DNA of 64,000 nucleotides, from the NCBI GenBank assembly GCA_964638865.1, contig CAZXBG010000002.1, positions 24,427 to 88,426 of the forward strand, read 5' to 3'. The position numbers and the translations under genes are program-made. Below, in pieces: positions 1 through 9,428 of this stretch (position 1 is the first letter of the stretch; every line of letters begins with the position of its first letter). The notes under the pieces are model-generated. The model made no database searches and had not been told where the DNA came from. It saw only the letters and a program-made list of their open reading frames with translations. Source of the DNA: an uncultured Chitinophagales bacterium. GTDB lineage: Bacteria > Bacteroidota > Bacteroidia > Chitinophagales > BACL12.

Positions 1-684
1 GCTGCTGCAGGAGAAAAATATCAATTCAAAACGATAGGTATTATCCGCGGTGAAGATGATATCCAAAATCCCACCTTGCAATTTGTACGCAAAGCAGGTA
101 TGGAATTGGTTTTTGTTTCCAGAGAACAATATAAAAATAAATATGAAACAACATTTCTTAAAACATTAGAAGAAAAATATGGCCCCTATTATTTAATACC
201 GGAAGGGGGCACCAATAATTTTGCTGTGAAAGGTTGTTCAGAAATTTTATCCGGAATTGAAAATAAATACGATCAAATTTTCTGCGCAACCGGAACCGGA
301 GGAACTTTAGCGGGATTAATTTCAACTCCCGGTCTCGTATCAAAAACCACAGGAATTTCTGTGCTCAAAGGAAAAGATAATGTAACGGATATTATTAATG
401 TGTTACTACAAGAAAATGGGTATTCACATAATATTGCATGGAATATCAACACCAATTACCATTTTGGCGGATATGCTAAATTCGATCCATCCTTATTAAA
501 ATTTATAAAACAATTTGAAAACGATTATCATATTCCACTGGACCCAATTTATACCGGTAAAACTTGTTACGCAGTTTTTGATTTAATTGATAAACAATTA
601 ATATCTTCCGGAGAGAAAATTTGTATTATACATACTGGAGGATTACAAGGTTGGATGGGATGGAATTATCGGTTTGCAAGATAA
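1..684 (+). CDS. PLP-dependent ACC deaminase / D-cysteine desulfhydrase family protein (5' end outside window)
   Basis: Frame 1 is open from base 1 (AAAGEKYQFKTIGIIRGEDD..) into track ORF 76..684. YLIPEGGTN and CATGTGGTLAGL motifs fit the Trp-synthase-beta-like PLP fold of this family. Confidence 0.7.
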   Translation, partial: AAAGEKYQFKTIGIIRGEDDIQNPTLQFVRKAGMELVFVSREQYKNKYETTFLKTLEEKYGPYYLIPEGGTNNFAVKGCSEILSGIENKYDQIFCATGTGGTLAGLISTPGLVSKTTGISVLKGKDNVTDIINVLLQENGYSHNIAWNINTNYHFGGYAKFDPSLLKFIKQFENDYHIPLDPIYTGKTCYAVFDLIDKQLISSGEKICIIHTGGLQGWMGWNYRFAR

Positions 685-810
685 ATTTTGCGTTTGCTAG
701 GGATGTTGTTACTTAGCCGCCTAACTTTTTTAGCCGGTAAGGCGGCAAGTACGGGAAGGAAACGGGAAGAAATTTTAGTTGGAATGATGGTTTACTTTCT
801 TGTTGAATAT

Positions 811-855
811 TTTTTTTGCCACGAGCTCAAAGGGCACAAAGTTTACACGAAGAAA
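811..855. repeat. CACGAAG-word intergenic element
   Basis: TTTTTTTGCCACGA..GGCACAAAGTTTACACGAAGAAAT. The 14-nt head is identical, and the tail similar, to the reverse complement of 51405..51450 and 51583..51628 inside the 174-bp tandem units. Confidence 0.5.
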
Positions 856-945
856 TAAACTAAAACTAAAAGTTCAATATCTTCAATTTTAAAATAGAAT
901 TATATCTAAAGTTAAAGCAGTCATTTATCATTTTCCTGTATCAAG

Positions 946-1002
946 TCCTATATCCTATATCCTATGTCCTATTTCCTATATCCTATTTCCTAAGTCCTGT
1001 TT
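946..1002. repeat. Tandem heptamer array TCCTATN x8
   Basis: tcctata tcctata tcctatg tcctatt tcctata tcctatt tcctaag tcctgtt read directly. The array ends 38 nt before the ATG at 1041. Confidence 0.9.
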
Positions 1003-1040
1003 CATGCTTTTTCTTTAATTTTACGGTAAAATAAAACAAT

Positions 1041-2408
1041 ATGGATTTCATCAATAATTATATCGAAACAAACAAAGATCGTCTCCTCGAAGAGTTACTC
1101 GCCCTTCTGCGCATTCCAAGTGTTAGTGCAGATCCTAAATACAAAGAAGATGTTGCGCGTTGCGCGGAAGCGGTTGCAGAAAGTTTAAGAAAAGCAGGTG
1201 CCGATAATGTAGAGGTTTGCGCAACAGCTGGTCACCCCATCGTTTTCGGACAAAAAATAATTGATCCTGCAAAACCAACTGTGCTTTGTTACGGACATTA
1301 TGATGTGCAACCTGCGGATCCCGTTTCTCTTTGGGATTCACCTCCTTTTGAACCTGTGATTAAAGATGGGAATATTTATGCCCGTGGAGCATGTGATGAT
1401 AAGGGGCAAGTATATATGCACGTAAAAGCTTTTGAAGCTATGATGCAAAATAATGCCTTGCCATGTAATATTAAATTTATTATAGAAGGAGAGGAGGAAG
1501 TTGGTTCTGCACATTTAGGAGAATTTATTTCTGAGAATAAAGAAAAATTAAAATGCGATGTTATTTTAATTTCAGATACTTCCATTATCGCAAATGATGT
1601 TCCGAGTATTACGGTTGGATTAAGAGGATTGAGTTATATGGAAGTGGAAGTTACAGGTCCTAATCGCGATCTGCATTCAGGGGTTTATGGAGGAAGTGTT
1701 GCAAATCCAATTAATACTTTATGTGATATGATATCTTCTTTAATTGATAAGGACGGACATATTACCGTAAAAGGATTTTATGACGACGTGGAAATTGTGA
1801 CGGAGGCAGAAAGAAAAGAAATGAGTAAAACTCCTTTTGATCTGGAAGAGTATAAAAAAGATCTTGGTGTTAATGAAGTGAAGGGCGAAAAAGATTATAC
1901 TTCACTTGAACGTGTTTCCATACGACCAACTTTAGATGTTAATGGAATTTGGGGAGGATATACCGGGGAGGGAAGTAAAACTGTTTTACCTTCCAAAGCC
2001 TTTGCAAAAATTTCAATGCGTTTGGTTCCGCATCAGGAGTCGCATAAAATTGCAGATCTTTTTGAAGCGCACTTTAAAGCCATTGCACCCGATTATGTAA
2101 AGGTAAAAGTAACACATCACCATGGTGGTGAACCGGTAGTTGTTCCGATGGATTTTCCGGCATTACAGGCAAGTGCAAAAGCAATGGAAAAAACTTTTGG
2201 TAAAAAACCAATACCAACGCGTGAAGGAGGAAGTATTCCAATTGTTGCTTTATTCGAAAAAGTATTAGGCGCAAAAAGTATTTTAATGGGATTTGGATTG
2301 AACAGTGATAATATACATTCACCAAATGAAAAGTATGGCCTCTTCAATTATTACAAGGGCATAGAAACATTACCTTGGTTCTTTAAATATTATTCGGAGA
2401 TGGATTAA
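1041..2408 (+). CDS. M20 family metallopeptidase (dipeptidase type)
   Basis: 455-aa ORF with YGHYDVQPAD, ARGACDDKG and EGEEEVGS metal-ligand motifs typical of M20 dipeptidases (ArgE/DapE/CNDP clan). Confidence 0.88.
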   Translation: MDFINNYIETNKDRLLEELLALLRIPSVSADPKYKEDVARCAEAVAESLRKAGADNVEVCATAGHPIVFGQKIIDPAKPTVLCYGHYDVQPADPVSLWDSPPFEPVIKDGNIYARGACDDKGQVYMHVKAFEAMMQNNALPCNIKFIIEGEEEVGSAHLGEFISENKEKLKCDVILISDTSIIANDVPSITVGLRGLSYMEVEVTGPNRDLHSGVYGGSVANPINTLCDMISSLIDKDGHITVKGFYDDVEIVTEAERKEMSKTPFDLEEYKKDLGVNEVKGEKDYTSLERVSIRPTLDVNGIWGGYTGEGSKTVLPSKAFAKISMRLVPHQESHKIADLFEAHFKAIAPDYVKVKVTHHHGGEPVVVPMDFPALQASAKAMEKTFGKKPIPTREGGSIPIVALFEKVLGAKSILMGFGLNSDNIHSPNEKYGLFNYYKGIETLPWFFKYYSEMD

Positions 2409-2501
2409 ATTATAATATATCTTCGATGGAAGTTGAAAATTATCCATAGGTATCATAGAGCTACTTTATTATTATTTCTGTGGAGTAGCACCATACATCA
2501 T

Positions 2502-2533
2502 TACCACAGAGTTACCGAAGTAACTCTGTGGTA
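2502..2533. other. Perfect 14-bp stem / 4-nt loop hairpin between convergent genes
   Basis: TACCACAGAGTTAC-cgaa-GTAACTCTGTGGTA. No flanking T/A run, so it is not a canonical terminator. Confidence 0.6.
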
Positions 2534-2572
2534 GGTATTATTGATGTAATCAGGATGAATTCGATCTTGCAG

Positions 2573-2950
2573 TTAATTAGGAATCACTAATTCCTGTCCA
2601 ACTTTAATCATATTTGGATCATTCAGTTTATCTCTGTTCGCTTCAAAAATTTTCATATAACTATTTGCATCACCATATGCACTTTTTGCAATCTTACTCA
2701 AAGTGTCGCCGGATTCTACTTTATGAATACCATAAATAGAATTATCAGTTACATTTATATCAGCAACTAGGTCGGAAGGATTTTCCCCTCCATCTTTTTT
2801 TATTGCATCCCACAATATGTCTTTTTCAAGTTGGTATTGAGTAGTGCCTCCAATATTTAATTTGCCATTTTCTTCAGTCACATAACCATCTTTGATCTGT
2901 AACTTCTCGCCAAGCGCAAGGGCGTTCTTATATTTATCTTTTAATGTCAT
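2573..2950 (-). CDS. LysM peptidoglycan-binding domain protein (YgaU/Kbp-like layout)
   Basis: C-terminal HKVESGDTLSKIAKSAYGDANSYMKIFEANRDKLNDPNMIKVGQELVIP is a canonical LysM domain. The short N-terminal domain resembles the BON-like part of YgaU. Confidence 0.8.
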   Translation of the reverse strand: MTLKDKYKNALALGEKLQIKDGYVTEENGKLNIGGTTQYQLEKDILWDAIKKDGGENPSDLVADINVTDNSIYGIHKVESGDTLSKIAKSAYGDANSYMKIFEANRDKLNDPNMIKVGQELVIPN

Positions 2951-3005
2951 AATGTTATAAATGTAATAAAATTATCTATAGATTCCAATTTTAACGAAAG
3001 TTTAT

Positions 3006-4544
3006 TTAACTCAACAATATTTCTCCGCTCATTTCCGGTGGAATATCCAATCCCATTATGGTTAACAGGGTAGGAGCAATATCTCCCAACTTTCCGTTTT
3101 TTATTGCAGTAAATTTATTATCATTGGAAATATAAAATACAGGAACGGGGTTTGTGGAGTGTTGTGTATTTGGTGTTCCATCTTCATTTATTTCGTTGTC
3201 TGAATTTCCATGATCAGCTGTGAGTATCACATCGTAGTTATTTTCTAATGCAGCCTCTACAACTTCACCCACACAAGTATCAACCGCTTCGCAGGCCTTT
3301 ATTGCCGCTGAAAATATTCCGGTATGTCCAACCATATCGGCATTTGCAAAATTCAGGCAAATAAAATCTGTTTCCTTTTTATTAAGCTCTGCAACAATTG
3401 CATCCTTTACTAGGTAAGCACTCATTTCAGGCTGAAGATCATAGGTTGCAACCTTAGGAGAAGAAATCATAATTCTTTTTTCTCCTTCAAATTCTTTTTC
3501 TCTGCCACCACTAAAGAAAAAAGTGACATGCGGATATTTTTCTGTTTCCGCAATTCTGATCTGTTTTAATTTATTATTCTCAATAATTTCACCAAGTGTT
3601 TTCGAAAGATCATTTTTTTCAAATAACACGCCAATGTTTGTCCAGCTGTGATCGTACATCGACATCGTAATATAATGGAGATCGATTTTAAACATTTCAA
3701 ATTCGGGAAAATTTTGTTGTGTTAATACAGTTGTAATTTGTCTGCATCGATCTGTTCTGAAATTAAAAACGATAACTACATCGTTTGATTTAATTGTTGT
3801 AATTGGATCATTATTATCATCCACACAAACAATGGGTTTAATAAATTCATCTGTAATATCTTCCTTATAATTATTTTCTAAACTTTTAACAGGATCTTTT
3901 GTTGGAGTTCCTTTACCATGTACCAATAGATCATACGCAAGTTTTATGCGTTCCCAGCGTTTATCTCTGTCCATGGCAAAATATCTTCCACAAACACTTG
4001 CAATTTTACCACCCGTAATTTTTAAATGGGTATCCAACTTTTTAATAAATCCACTTCCACTTTTAGGATCACAATCTCTTCCATCTGTAAATGCGTGAAT
4101 AAATACTTTATCCATATTCGCATTTTCATCTTTTAAAATTTCACACAATCCAACCAAATGATTAATATGCGAATGCACTCCACCATCACTTACCAAACCC
4201 ATTAAATGAATATTTTTATTATTTGCGTTTGCATATTCAATTGCATTCAATAAAACTTTATTTTTAGCAAGTTCTCCGTTTTTAATTGCAAGTGTTATTC
4301 TTTGTAGTTCCTGGTAAACAATTCTGCCCGCTCCTAAATTAAGATGTCCAACTTCACTGTTTCCCATTTGTCCTTCAGGCAATCCTACAAATTCACCATC
4401 TGTTCTCAATTCCGCATTTGGATATTTTTTGTAATAATTATTTACATTCGGAGTAAAAGCCTGCGCGATAGCAGAAGCTGCAGCATTTTTACCATGTCCC
4501 CAACCATCCATGATGATCAGCATCGCCCGTTTATTCATATTCAT
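3006..4544 (-). CDS. gpmI: 2,3-bisphosphoglycerate-independent phosphoglycerate mutase
   Basis: MNMNKRAMLIIMDGWGHG.., SDGGVHSH and ADHGN motifs. Start moved to the ATG at 4544, because the 44-codon extension in track ORF 3006..4676 runs through repeat words. Confidence 0.93.
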   Translation of the reverse strand: MNMNKRAMLIIMDGWGHGKNAAASAIAQAFTPNVNNYYKKYPNAELRTDGEFVGLPEGQMGNSEVGHLNLGAGRIVYQELQRITLAIKNGELAKNKVLLNAIEYANANNKNIHLMGLVSDGGVHSHINHLVGLCEILKDENANMDKVFIHAFTDGRDCDPKSGSGFIKKLDTHLKITGGKIASVCGRYFAMDRDKRWERIKLAYDLLVHGKGTPTKDPVKSLENNYKEDITDEFIKPIVCVDDNNDPITTIKSNDVVIVFNFRTDRCRQITTVLTQQNFPEFEMFKIDLHYITMSMYDHSWTNIGVLFEKNDLSKTLGEIIENNKLKQIRIAETEKYPHVTFFFSGGREKEFEGEKRIMISSPKVATYDLQPEMSAYLVKDAIVAELNKKETDFICLNFANADMVGHTGIFSAAIKACEAVDTCVGEVVEAALENNYDVILTADHGNSDNEINEDGTPNTQHSTNPVPVFYISNDNKFTAIKNGKLGDIAPTLLTIMGLDIPPEMSGEILLS

Positions 4545-4560
4545 TACCACAAAGATAGGA

Positions 4561-4758
4561 ATCGTGAGGCGTGAATCGTGAGGTGTGAGTCCGAAAAGTT
4601 CTAGGTGAAGAAACTCACTTTGTGAATGGTGAGTGGTCAGTGGTGAGTGACATCCTATAAGGATCAAACTCTCCAACTCACCACTGAAAACTCACTGAGA
4701 GTATAAACTTTCGGCCATTGATAGTTAAAACTCATTACTCATTACTCATTACTCATTT
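4561..4758. repeat. Divergent intergenic block built from heptamer word arrays plus a 12-bp inverted repeat
   Basis: atcgtga ggcgtga atcgtga ggtgtga (4561-4588). tgtgaat ggtgagt ggtcagt ggtgagt (4621-4648). TCAGTGGTGAGT (4637-4648) pairs with ACTCACCACTGA (4676-4687). ctcatta x4 (4731-4758). Confidence 0.9.
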
Positions 4759-4831
4759 CGTGATTGTTAAACTTTTCTTAATTTTGGTATGGTTTTAGCA
4801 AATTCAGTGCATTGACCAAACAATAACAAAC

Positions 4832-5233
4832 ATGACAAAATTTAAATTTAAAAAGGCATCTCTTCTTCTGTTGGCATTGCCACTTTTGATATTTGCAACA
4901 GCAACAGGTGATTTAGATAATATTTCTGCCGCTATAAAAGCCGGAAATTCAAAAGCCTTAGCTGAATATTTCGACAATACTGTTGAAGTAAAGATTGCCA
5001 ACAAAGAAGGCGCATACAGTAAAAGCCAAGCAGAAGCGATCGTAAAAGATTTTTTTACAAAAAACCCGCCTAAAACTTTCAAATTTATTCACGATGGTCC
5101 ATCTGGCGGAAATAATGCACATTATGCAATAGGTTCGCTTGGCACTGATAAAGGTAAATTCAGAACTTATGTTTACCTGAAAAAAGTTGGCGATAAATTC
5201 GTGATACAGGAATTAAGTTTCGAAAATGAGTAG
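4832..5233 (+). CDS. Small secreted protein, DUF4783-like
   Basis: Signal peptide, then GDLDNISAAIKAGNSKALAEYFDNTVEV... It overlaps the nadC start by 8 nt, an arrangement I recall for DUF4783 genes. Confidence 0.6.
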   Translation: MTKFKFKKASLLLLALPLLIFATATGDLDNISAAIKAGNSKALAEYFDNTVEVKIANKEGAYSKSQAEAIVKDFFTKNPPKTFKFIHDGPSGGNNAHYAIGSLGTDKGKFRTYVYLKKVGDKFVIQELSFENE

Positions 5234-6083
5234 TGTTGAAATATGGGATCTGCTCGATATTATTGACGAGGCCCTCATAGAAGACATACAGGAAGGTGAT
5301 CACACAACGCTGGCCACTATTGATCATGAAGCCACCGGAACAGCAAAACTTTTAATCAAACAACCTGGTATAATAGCCGGCGTTGAATTAGCTGAACAAA
5401 TTTTAAAACATGTCAACCCCGAACTCGAGGTTGACATTGTTATTCCCGATGGTGCTAAAGTGGAACCCGGGGATATTGCTTTCACCGTTTTCGGGCGTGT
5501 TCAGGCGCTCTTAGTTGCCGAACGAACCATGCTTAATTTTATGCAACGTATGAGTGGTATCGCGACAAAAACTAACACTTTTGTGCAAAAAGTAAGGTAT
5601 ACCAATGCCAGGATTCTCGATACCAGAAAAACAACTCCGGGTCTTCGAAATTTTGAGAAATGGGCTGTGAGAATAGGCGGGGGACACAATCACCGTATGG
5701 GTTTATATGATATGATCATGATCAAAGACAATCATATCGACTTTTGCGGAGGAATCGAAAACGCAATCAATAAGGTTCGCCAATATCTCGAAGAAAACGA
5801 ACTGGAACTTAAAATAGAAGTAGAAACACGAAATATTGATGAGGTTTGGCAGGTGCTCAGGACTGGTGGTGTGGATCGTATTATGCTTGATAATTTTGCT
5901 GTAAATAATATGAAAGAAGCAGTGGATGCCATTGCCGGTCAATTTGAAACCGAGGCTTCCGGTGGTATCAATATTGATACCGTGCTCGCTTATGCCGAAA
6001 CAGGCGTGGATTTTATTTCAATTGGTGCACTTACTCATTCAGTAAATAGTCTAGATCTTAGTTTTAAGGCTGTTATGGACTAA
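5226..6083 (+). CDS. nadC: Nicotinate-nucleotide diphosphorylase (carboxylating)
   Basis: 285 aa. LDTRKTTPGLR, HRMGLYDMIMIKDNHI and MLDNF motifs of quinolinate phosphoribosyltransferase. Confidence 0.92.
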   Translation: MSSVEIWDLLDIIDEALIEDIQEGDHTTLATIDHEATGTAKLLIKQPGIIAGVELAEQILKHVNPELEVDIVIPDGAKVEPGDIAFTVFGRVQALLVAERTMLNFMQRMSGIATKTNTFVQKVRYTNARILDTRKTTPGLRNFEKWAVRIGGGHNHRMGLYDMIMIKDNHIDFCGGIENAINKVRQYLEENELELKIEVETRNIDEVWQVLRTGGVDRIMLDNFAVNNMKEAVDAIAGQFETEASGGINIDTVLAYAETGVDFISIGALTHSVNSLDLSFKAVMD

Positions 6084-6189
6084 AATGTTAATTTATGCCG
6101 TTGTTAATACTTGTTTTCCAGACCTGAATTGCCCTTTTATAGCCCCAGACCCTTAATTATTTATTACCTTTGTATAAATTAATTAAACT

Positions 6190-8118
6190 TTGAGGGAGCA
6201 ACTTTTTCATATACAGGTTTTGTTAAAGCGGCTTGGCATCCTGTTGATTCTCTATTCGGTTTGCCGTATCCTGTTTTTTATATTCAACAAAGATCTTTTC
6301 CCCCATATTCCTCCCGGCGATTTTCTGCAAATCATGTTTCATGGTTTGCGTTTCGATATTTCCTCCATTATTTATGTGAATTTTATTTTTATTCTGATGC
6401 ATATTTTGCCAAGTCCCTGGTTTGATAAAAACTGGTATCAGCGCATTCTCAGAATATTGTTTTATGTTTTTAATGGAGTTGCTCTTATGCTCGAGAGCGG
6501 CGATTTTATTTATTACCGTTATGGTTTAAAACGCACCTCAACACATGAACTTGGCCTTACCAGCGATACTAATATTTTACCTCAGGTAATTCAAGATTAT
6601 TGGATCGTGTTTGTAATAGCATTTTTATTAGTTGCTGCAATTGAATATTTATACCGCAAAACAGATCTTCATCGGGCAAAAAAATTAAAATTTACCTTAC
6701 CACGGTTGATACATTATCCTTATCAACTTGTATTTATGTTGGTGGTTTTGGTGTTTTCAGTAATTGGTGCACGAGGTGGTATTCAGGCTAAACCACTTTC
6801 ACCCAACAGCGCTTCATTATACGTAACAGATAGTCGTTTAACATCACTTATAATTAATACGCCTTTCTCAGTAATTTATGCCTTCGGTCACAGGCAATTA
6901 CAGGAACCAAAATATTTTGAAGAGGCGGAACTTCAACAAAAGTTTTCGCCTGTTCATCAAAATGCAACTTTTTACCAGTGGCCCGATTCCATTAAAAAAT
7001 CAGGACAACCCGATAATATTTGCGTAATTATACTGGAAAGTTTTTCTAAAGAATATATTGGATATTTTAATAAAGGGACAGGTTATACTCCATTTCTCGA
7101 TAACCTCTTAACGCAGGGTTTGTGTTTCACTAATGCGTTTTCTAATGGTAAATCTTCCAATCAGGGAATTGTTGCAATTACAAGTGGAATTCCTGTTTTA
7201 ATGGAAGAACCCTTTGTTTCCTCTATTTATCAGAACAATCAGATTGAGGGGATTGGGACTTTAATAAAAAAAGTTGGATATTCCTCAGCATTTTTTCACG
7301 GAGCAAATAATGGTTCCATGCAGTTTGACCGTTTAATGGCGCAAGCGGGAATTGAACAATATTTCGGAAGAAATGAATATGGAAATGATGCTGATTTTGA
7401 TGGCAATTGGGGAATATTTGATGAACCTTTTCTTAAATGGACTGCCAGTGAAATGAGCACCTTGAAACCACCTTTTTATAGTCAGATATTTACCATTTCC
7501 TCACATCATCCATTTACTGTACCTCAGCAACATAAAGGAAAATTTAAGAAGGGTGTAATTCCAATGTTGGAAGTTGTTGGTTATGCAGATTATGCATTGG
7601 AGCAATTTTTTATTGAAGCAAAAAAACAGCCTTGGTATAATAATACCCTTTTTATTTTAACCGCCGATCATCCCGGACCACCTTTGCCGGAACAAGAATT
7701 TTATCAGGAACAGGTTGGATCACATGCTACCTGGATGTTGATTTATAAACCGAATGGACAATTTAGTGGAACTAATGATATGGTGGTTCAGCAAACGGAT
7801 ATTCCGGCTACAATATTAGATTATGTTGGATATTCCGGCAAATTTATGGCATATGGAAACTCTGTGTTCGACACTACTGCTGTTCGTTATGTTTACAATT
7901 ACCATTCATCAGATTACATGATCATAAATGATGATTTTGCATTACAATTTGACGGCTCCAGATCCATAGGATTATATCAATATAAATCGGATAGCTCATT
8001 AAATGATAATTTATTGTTCGAATATCCTGATATTACTGCAACTATGGAAGATAAATTAAAGGCAATTATTCAAACCCACCACGAAGCGATGGTTAGGAAT
8101 AAATTGATACCGGAGTGA
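6190..8118 (+). CDS. LTA synthase / sulfatase-family phosphoglycerol transferase-like membrane protein
   Basis: Polytopic hydrophobic N-terminus followed by an alkaline-phosphatase-type domain (VIILESF, NGKSSNQG, ILTADHPGP). TTG start as in the track. Confidence 0.78.
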   Translation: MREQLFHIQVLLKRLGILLILYSVCRILFFIFNKDLFPHIPPGDFLQIMFHGLRFDISSIIYVNFIFILMHILPSPWFDKNWYQRILRILFYVFNGVALMLESGDFIYYRYGLKRTSTHELGLTSDTNILPQVIQDYWIVFVIAFLLVAAIEYLYRKTDLHRAKKLKFTLPRLIHYPYQLVFMLVVLVFSVIGARGGIQAKPLSPNSASLYVTDSRLTSLIINTPFSVIYAFGHRQLQEPKYFEEAELQQKFSPVHQNATFYQWPDSIKKSGQPDNICVIILESFSKEYIGYFNKGTGYTPFLDNLLTQGLCFTNAFSNGKSSNQGIVAITSGIPVLMEEPFVSSIYQNNQIEGIGTLIKKVGYSSAFFHGANNGSMQFDRLMAQAGIEQYFGRNEYGNDADFDGNWGIFDEPFLKWTASEMSTLKPPFYSQIFTISSHHPFTVPQQHKGKFKKGVIPMLEVVGYADYALEQFFIEAKKQPWYNNTLFILTADHPGPPLPEQEFYQEQVGSHATWMLIYKPNGQFSGTNDMVVQQTDIPATILDYVGYSGKFMAYGNSVFDTTAVRYVYNYHSSDYMIINDDFALQFDGSRSIGLYQYKSDSSLNDNLLFEYPDITATMEDKLKAIIQTHHEAMVRNKLIPE

Positions 8119-8999
8119 AAAAAAATATTTTGTTTATTGTTAATCCTGTAGCAGGAGTTAAACGAAAGGATAAAATTCCGCCACTTATTAATAAATTTCT
8201 CAACCACGATAAATTTAATTACGAAGTTGTATATACCGAAAGTCGGGGACATGCAACAGAAATTGCACGTCAGGCGGTGGTCGATAAATTTGATGTAGTT
8301 GCAGTTGCAGGAGGTGATGGAAGTGTAAATGAGGTTGCAACCGGTTTATTGGGGAGTGAAACTGCTCTTGCAATTATACCAAGTGGATCAGGTAACGGAC
8401 TTGCGAGGCATCTCGGATATTCTATTAATATCAGATCAACTTTGGAAATTATTAACGATTACCAATTAAAAAAAATTGATGTTTGTAAAGTAAACGATTT
8501 TTATTTTTTTAGTTTGATTGGAATTGGATTTGATGCCTTTGTTGCAAAGGTTTTTAGCAAGGAGGAAACGAGAGGGTTTTTAACCTATTTTTGGAGTGCC
8601 ATTAAAAGTATTTCTTCATTTGAACCATTCGAATATTCTTTTAATTCTGTAGAAAAAACTTTTAAAGGCAAGGCGTTTATGATTAATTTGTGCAATTCAA
8701 ATCAATATGGATACAATGTTAAAGTTGCTCCATTTGCGAGTTTGAACGACGGTTTAATGGATATAGTTCTAGTGGATAATATTCCAAAATGGAAAGTACC
8801 TTTTGCAGTGATCCGGGTTTTTACAGGAACACATTTGCGCAGTAAACATTTTACTACTTTTAAGACTAAGGAAGTATTGATAGAATCGCCGAATTATACC
8901 TATTTACAAATTGATGGTGAAACAGTCCCTAAAGATAAATCGTTTAAGGTGAGTATTATTCCCGGCGGATTAAATGTATTGGTTAATTCAAAAAAATAA
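8115..8999 (+). CDS. Soluble diacylglycerol/lipid kinase, YegS/BmrU/DgkB (DAGK_cat) family
   Basis: NPVAG.., VAVAGGDGSVNEV and IPSGSGNGLAR motifs. The GTG start overlaps the upstream TGA (GTGA). Confidence 0.85.
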   Translation: MKKNILFIVNPVAGVKRKDKIPPLINKFLNHDKFNYEVVYTESRGHATEIARQAVVDKFDVVAVAGGDGSVNEVATGLLGSETALAIIPSGSGNGLARHLGYSINIRSTLEIINDYQLKKIDVCKVNDFYFFSLIGIGFDAFVAKVFSKEETRGFLTYFWSAIKSISSFEPFEYSFNSVEKTFKGKAFMINLCNSNQYGYNVKVAPFASLNDGLMDIVLVDNIPKWKVPFAVIRVFTGTHLRSKHFTTFKTKEVLIESPNYTYLQIDGETVPKDKSFKVSIIPGGLNVLVNSKK

Positions 9000-9007
9000 T
9001 TATTCGA

Positions 9008-9349
9008 ATGGCAAAAAAGAACAAGGATAAGTTCGGATTTGTTTTTTCTACTGATCCGGATTTTAAATTTGAAAAAGATTCAATATCGCAAAATACGCTT
9101 CCTCCTCAACAACAAGACCTTAGAATATGGTTGGAAAAAAATCACCGGGGAGGTAAGACGGCATGTGTAATTAAAAATTTTGTGGGAAGTGAGGAAGACC
9201 TTGAAAAGTTGGGAAAAGAACTAAAAACAAAGTGTGGTACGGGTGGTTCTGTTAAAGATGGTGAAATAATTATTCAGGGTGATCAACGTAAAAAATTAGG
9301 GGAGATATTGGCTAAGCTTGGTTATAAATATAAATTAGCCGGTGGGTAG
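9008..9349 (+). CDS. SUI1/YciH-type translation initiation factor
   Basis: 113 aa. LRIWLEKNHRGGKTACVIKNF..CGTGGSVKDGEIIIQGDQR matches the SUI1 fold signature. Confidence 0.85.
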   Translation: MAKKNKDKFGFVFSTDPDFKFEKDSISQNTLPPQQQDLRIWLEKNHRGGKTACVIKNFVGSEEDLEKLGKELKTKCGTGGSVKDGEIIIQGDQRKKLGEILAKLGYKYKLAGG

Positions 9350-9406
9350 AAGGCAATGAAGGAATGAAATAAAGAAGGTGGAAGGATATTTAATCGCTTC
9401 CACCTT
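9350..9406. terminator. GAAGGNNN word array running into a 10-bp stem hairpin between convergent genes
   Basis: aaggcaat gaaggaat gaaataaa gaaggtg gaagg starts directly after the SUI1 stop codon. AAGGTGGAAG (9375-9384) pairs with CTTCCACCTT (9397-9406). AT-rich tails lie on both sides. Confidence 0.5.
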
Positions 9407-9428
9407 ATTAATTTAATTTGATCAGTAT

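Noticed and set aside
3006-4676. N-terminal extensions of track ORFs: gpmI to 4676, dnaE from 14972, trxA from 18725, the E2 from 49816, T9SS genes to 13066 and 46942, the S51 peptidase from 29363, the hydrolase from 62572, and 51800..52204.
   Set aside because: The conserved N-termini or signal peptides begin at internal ATGs. The extensions run through repeat words or overlap divergent genes.
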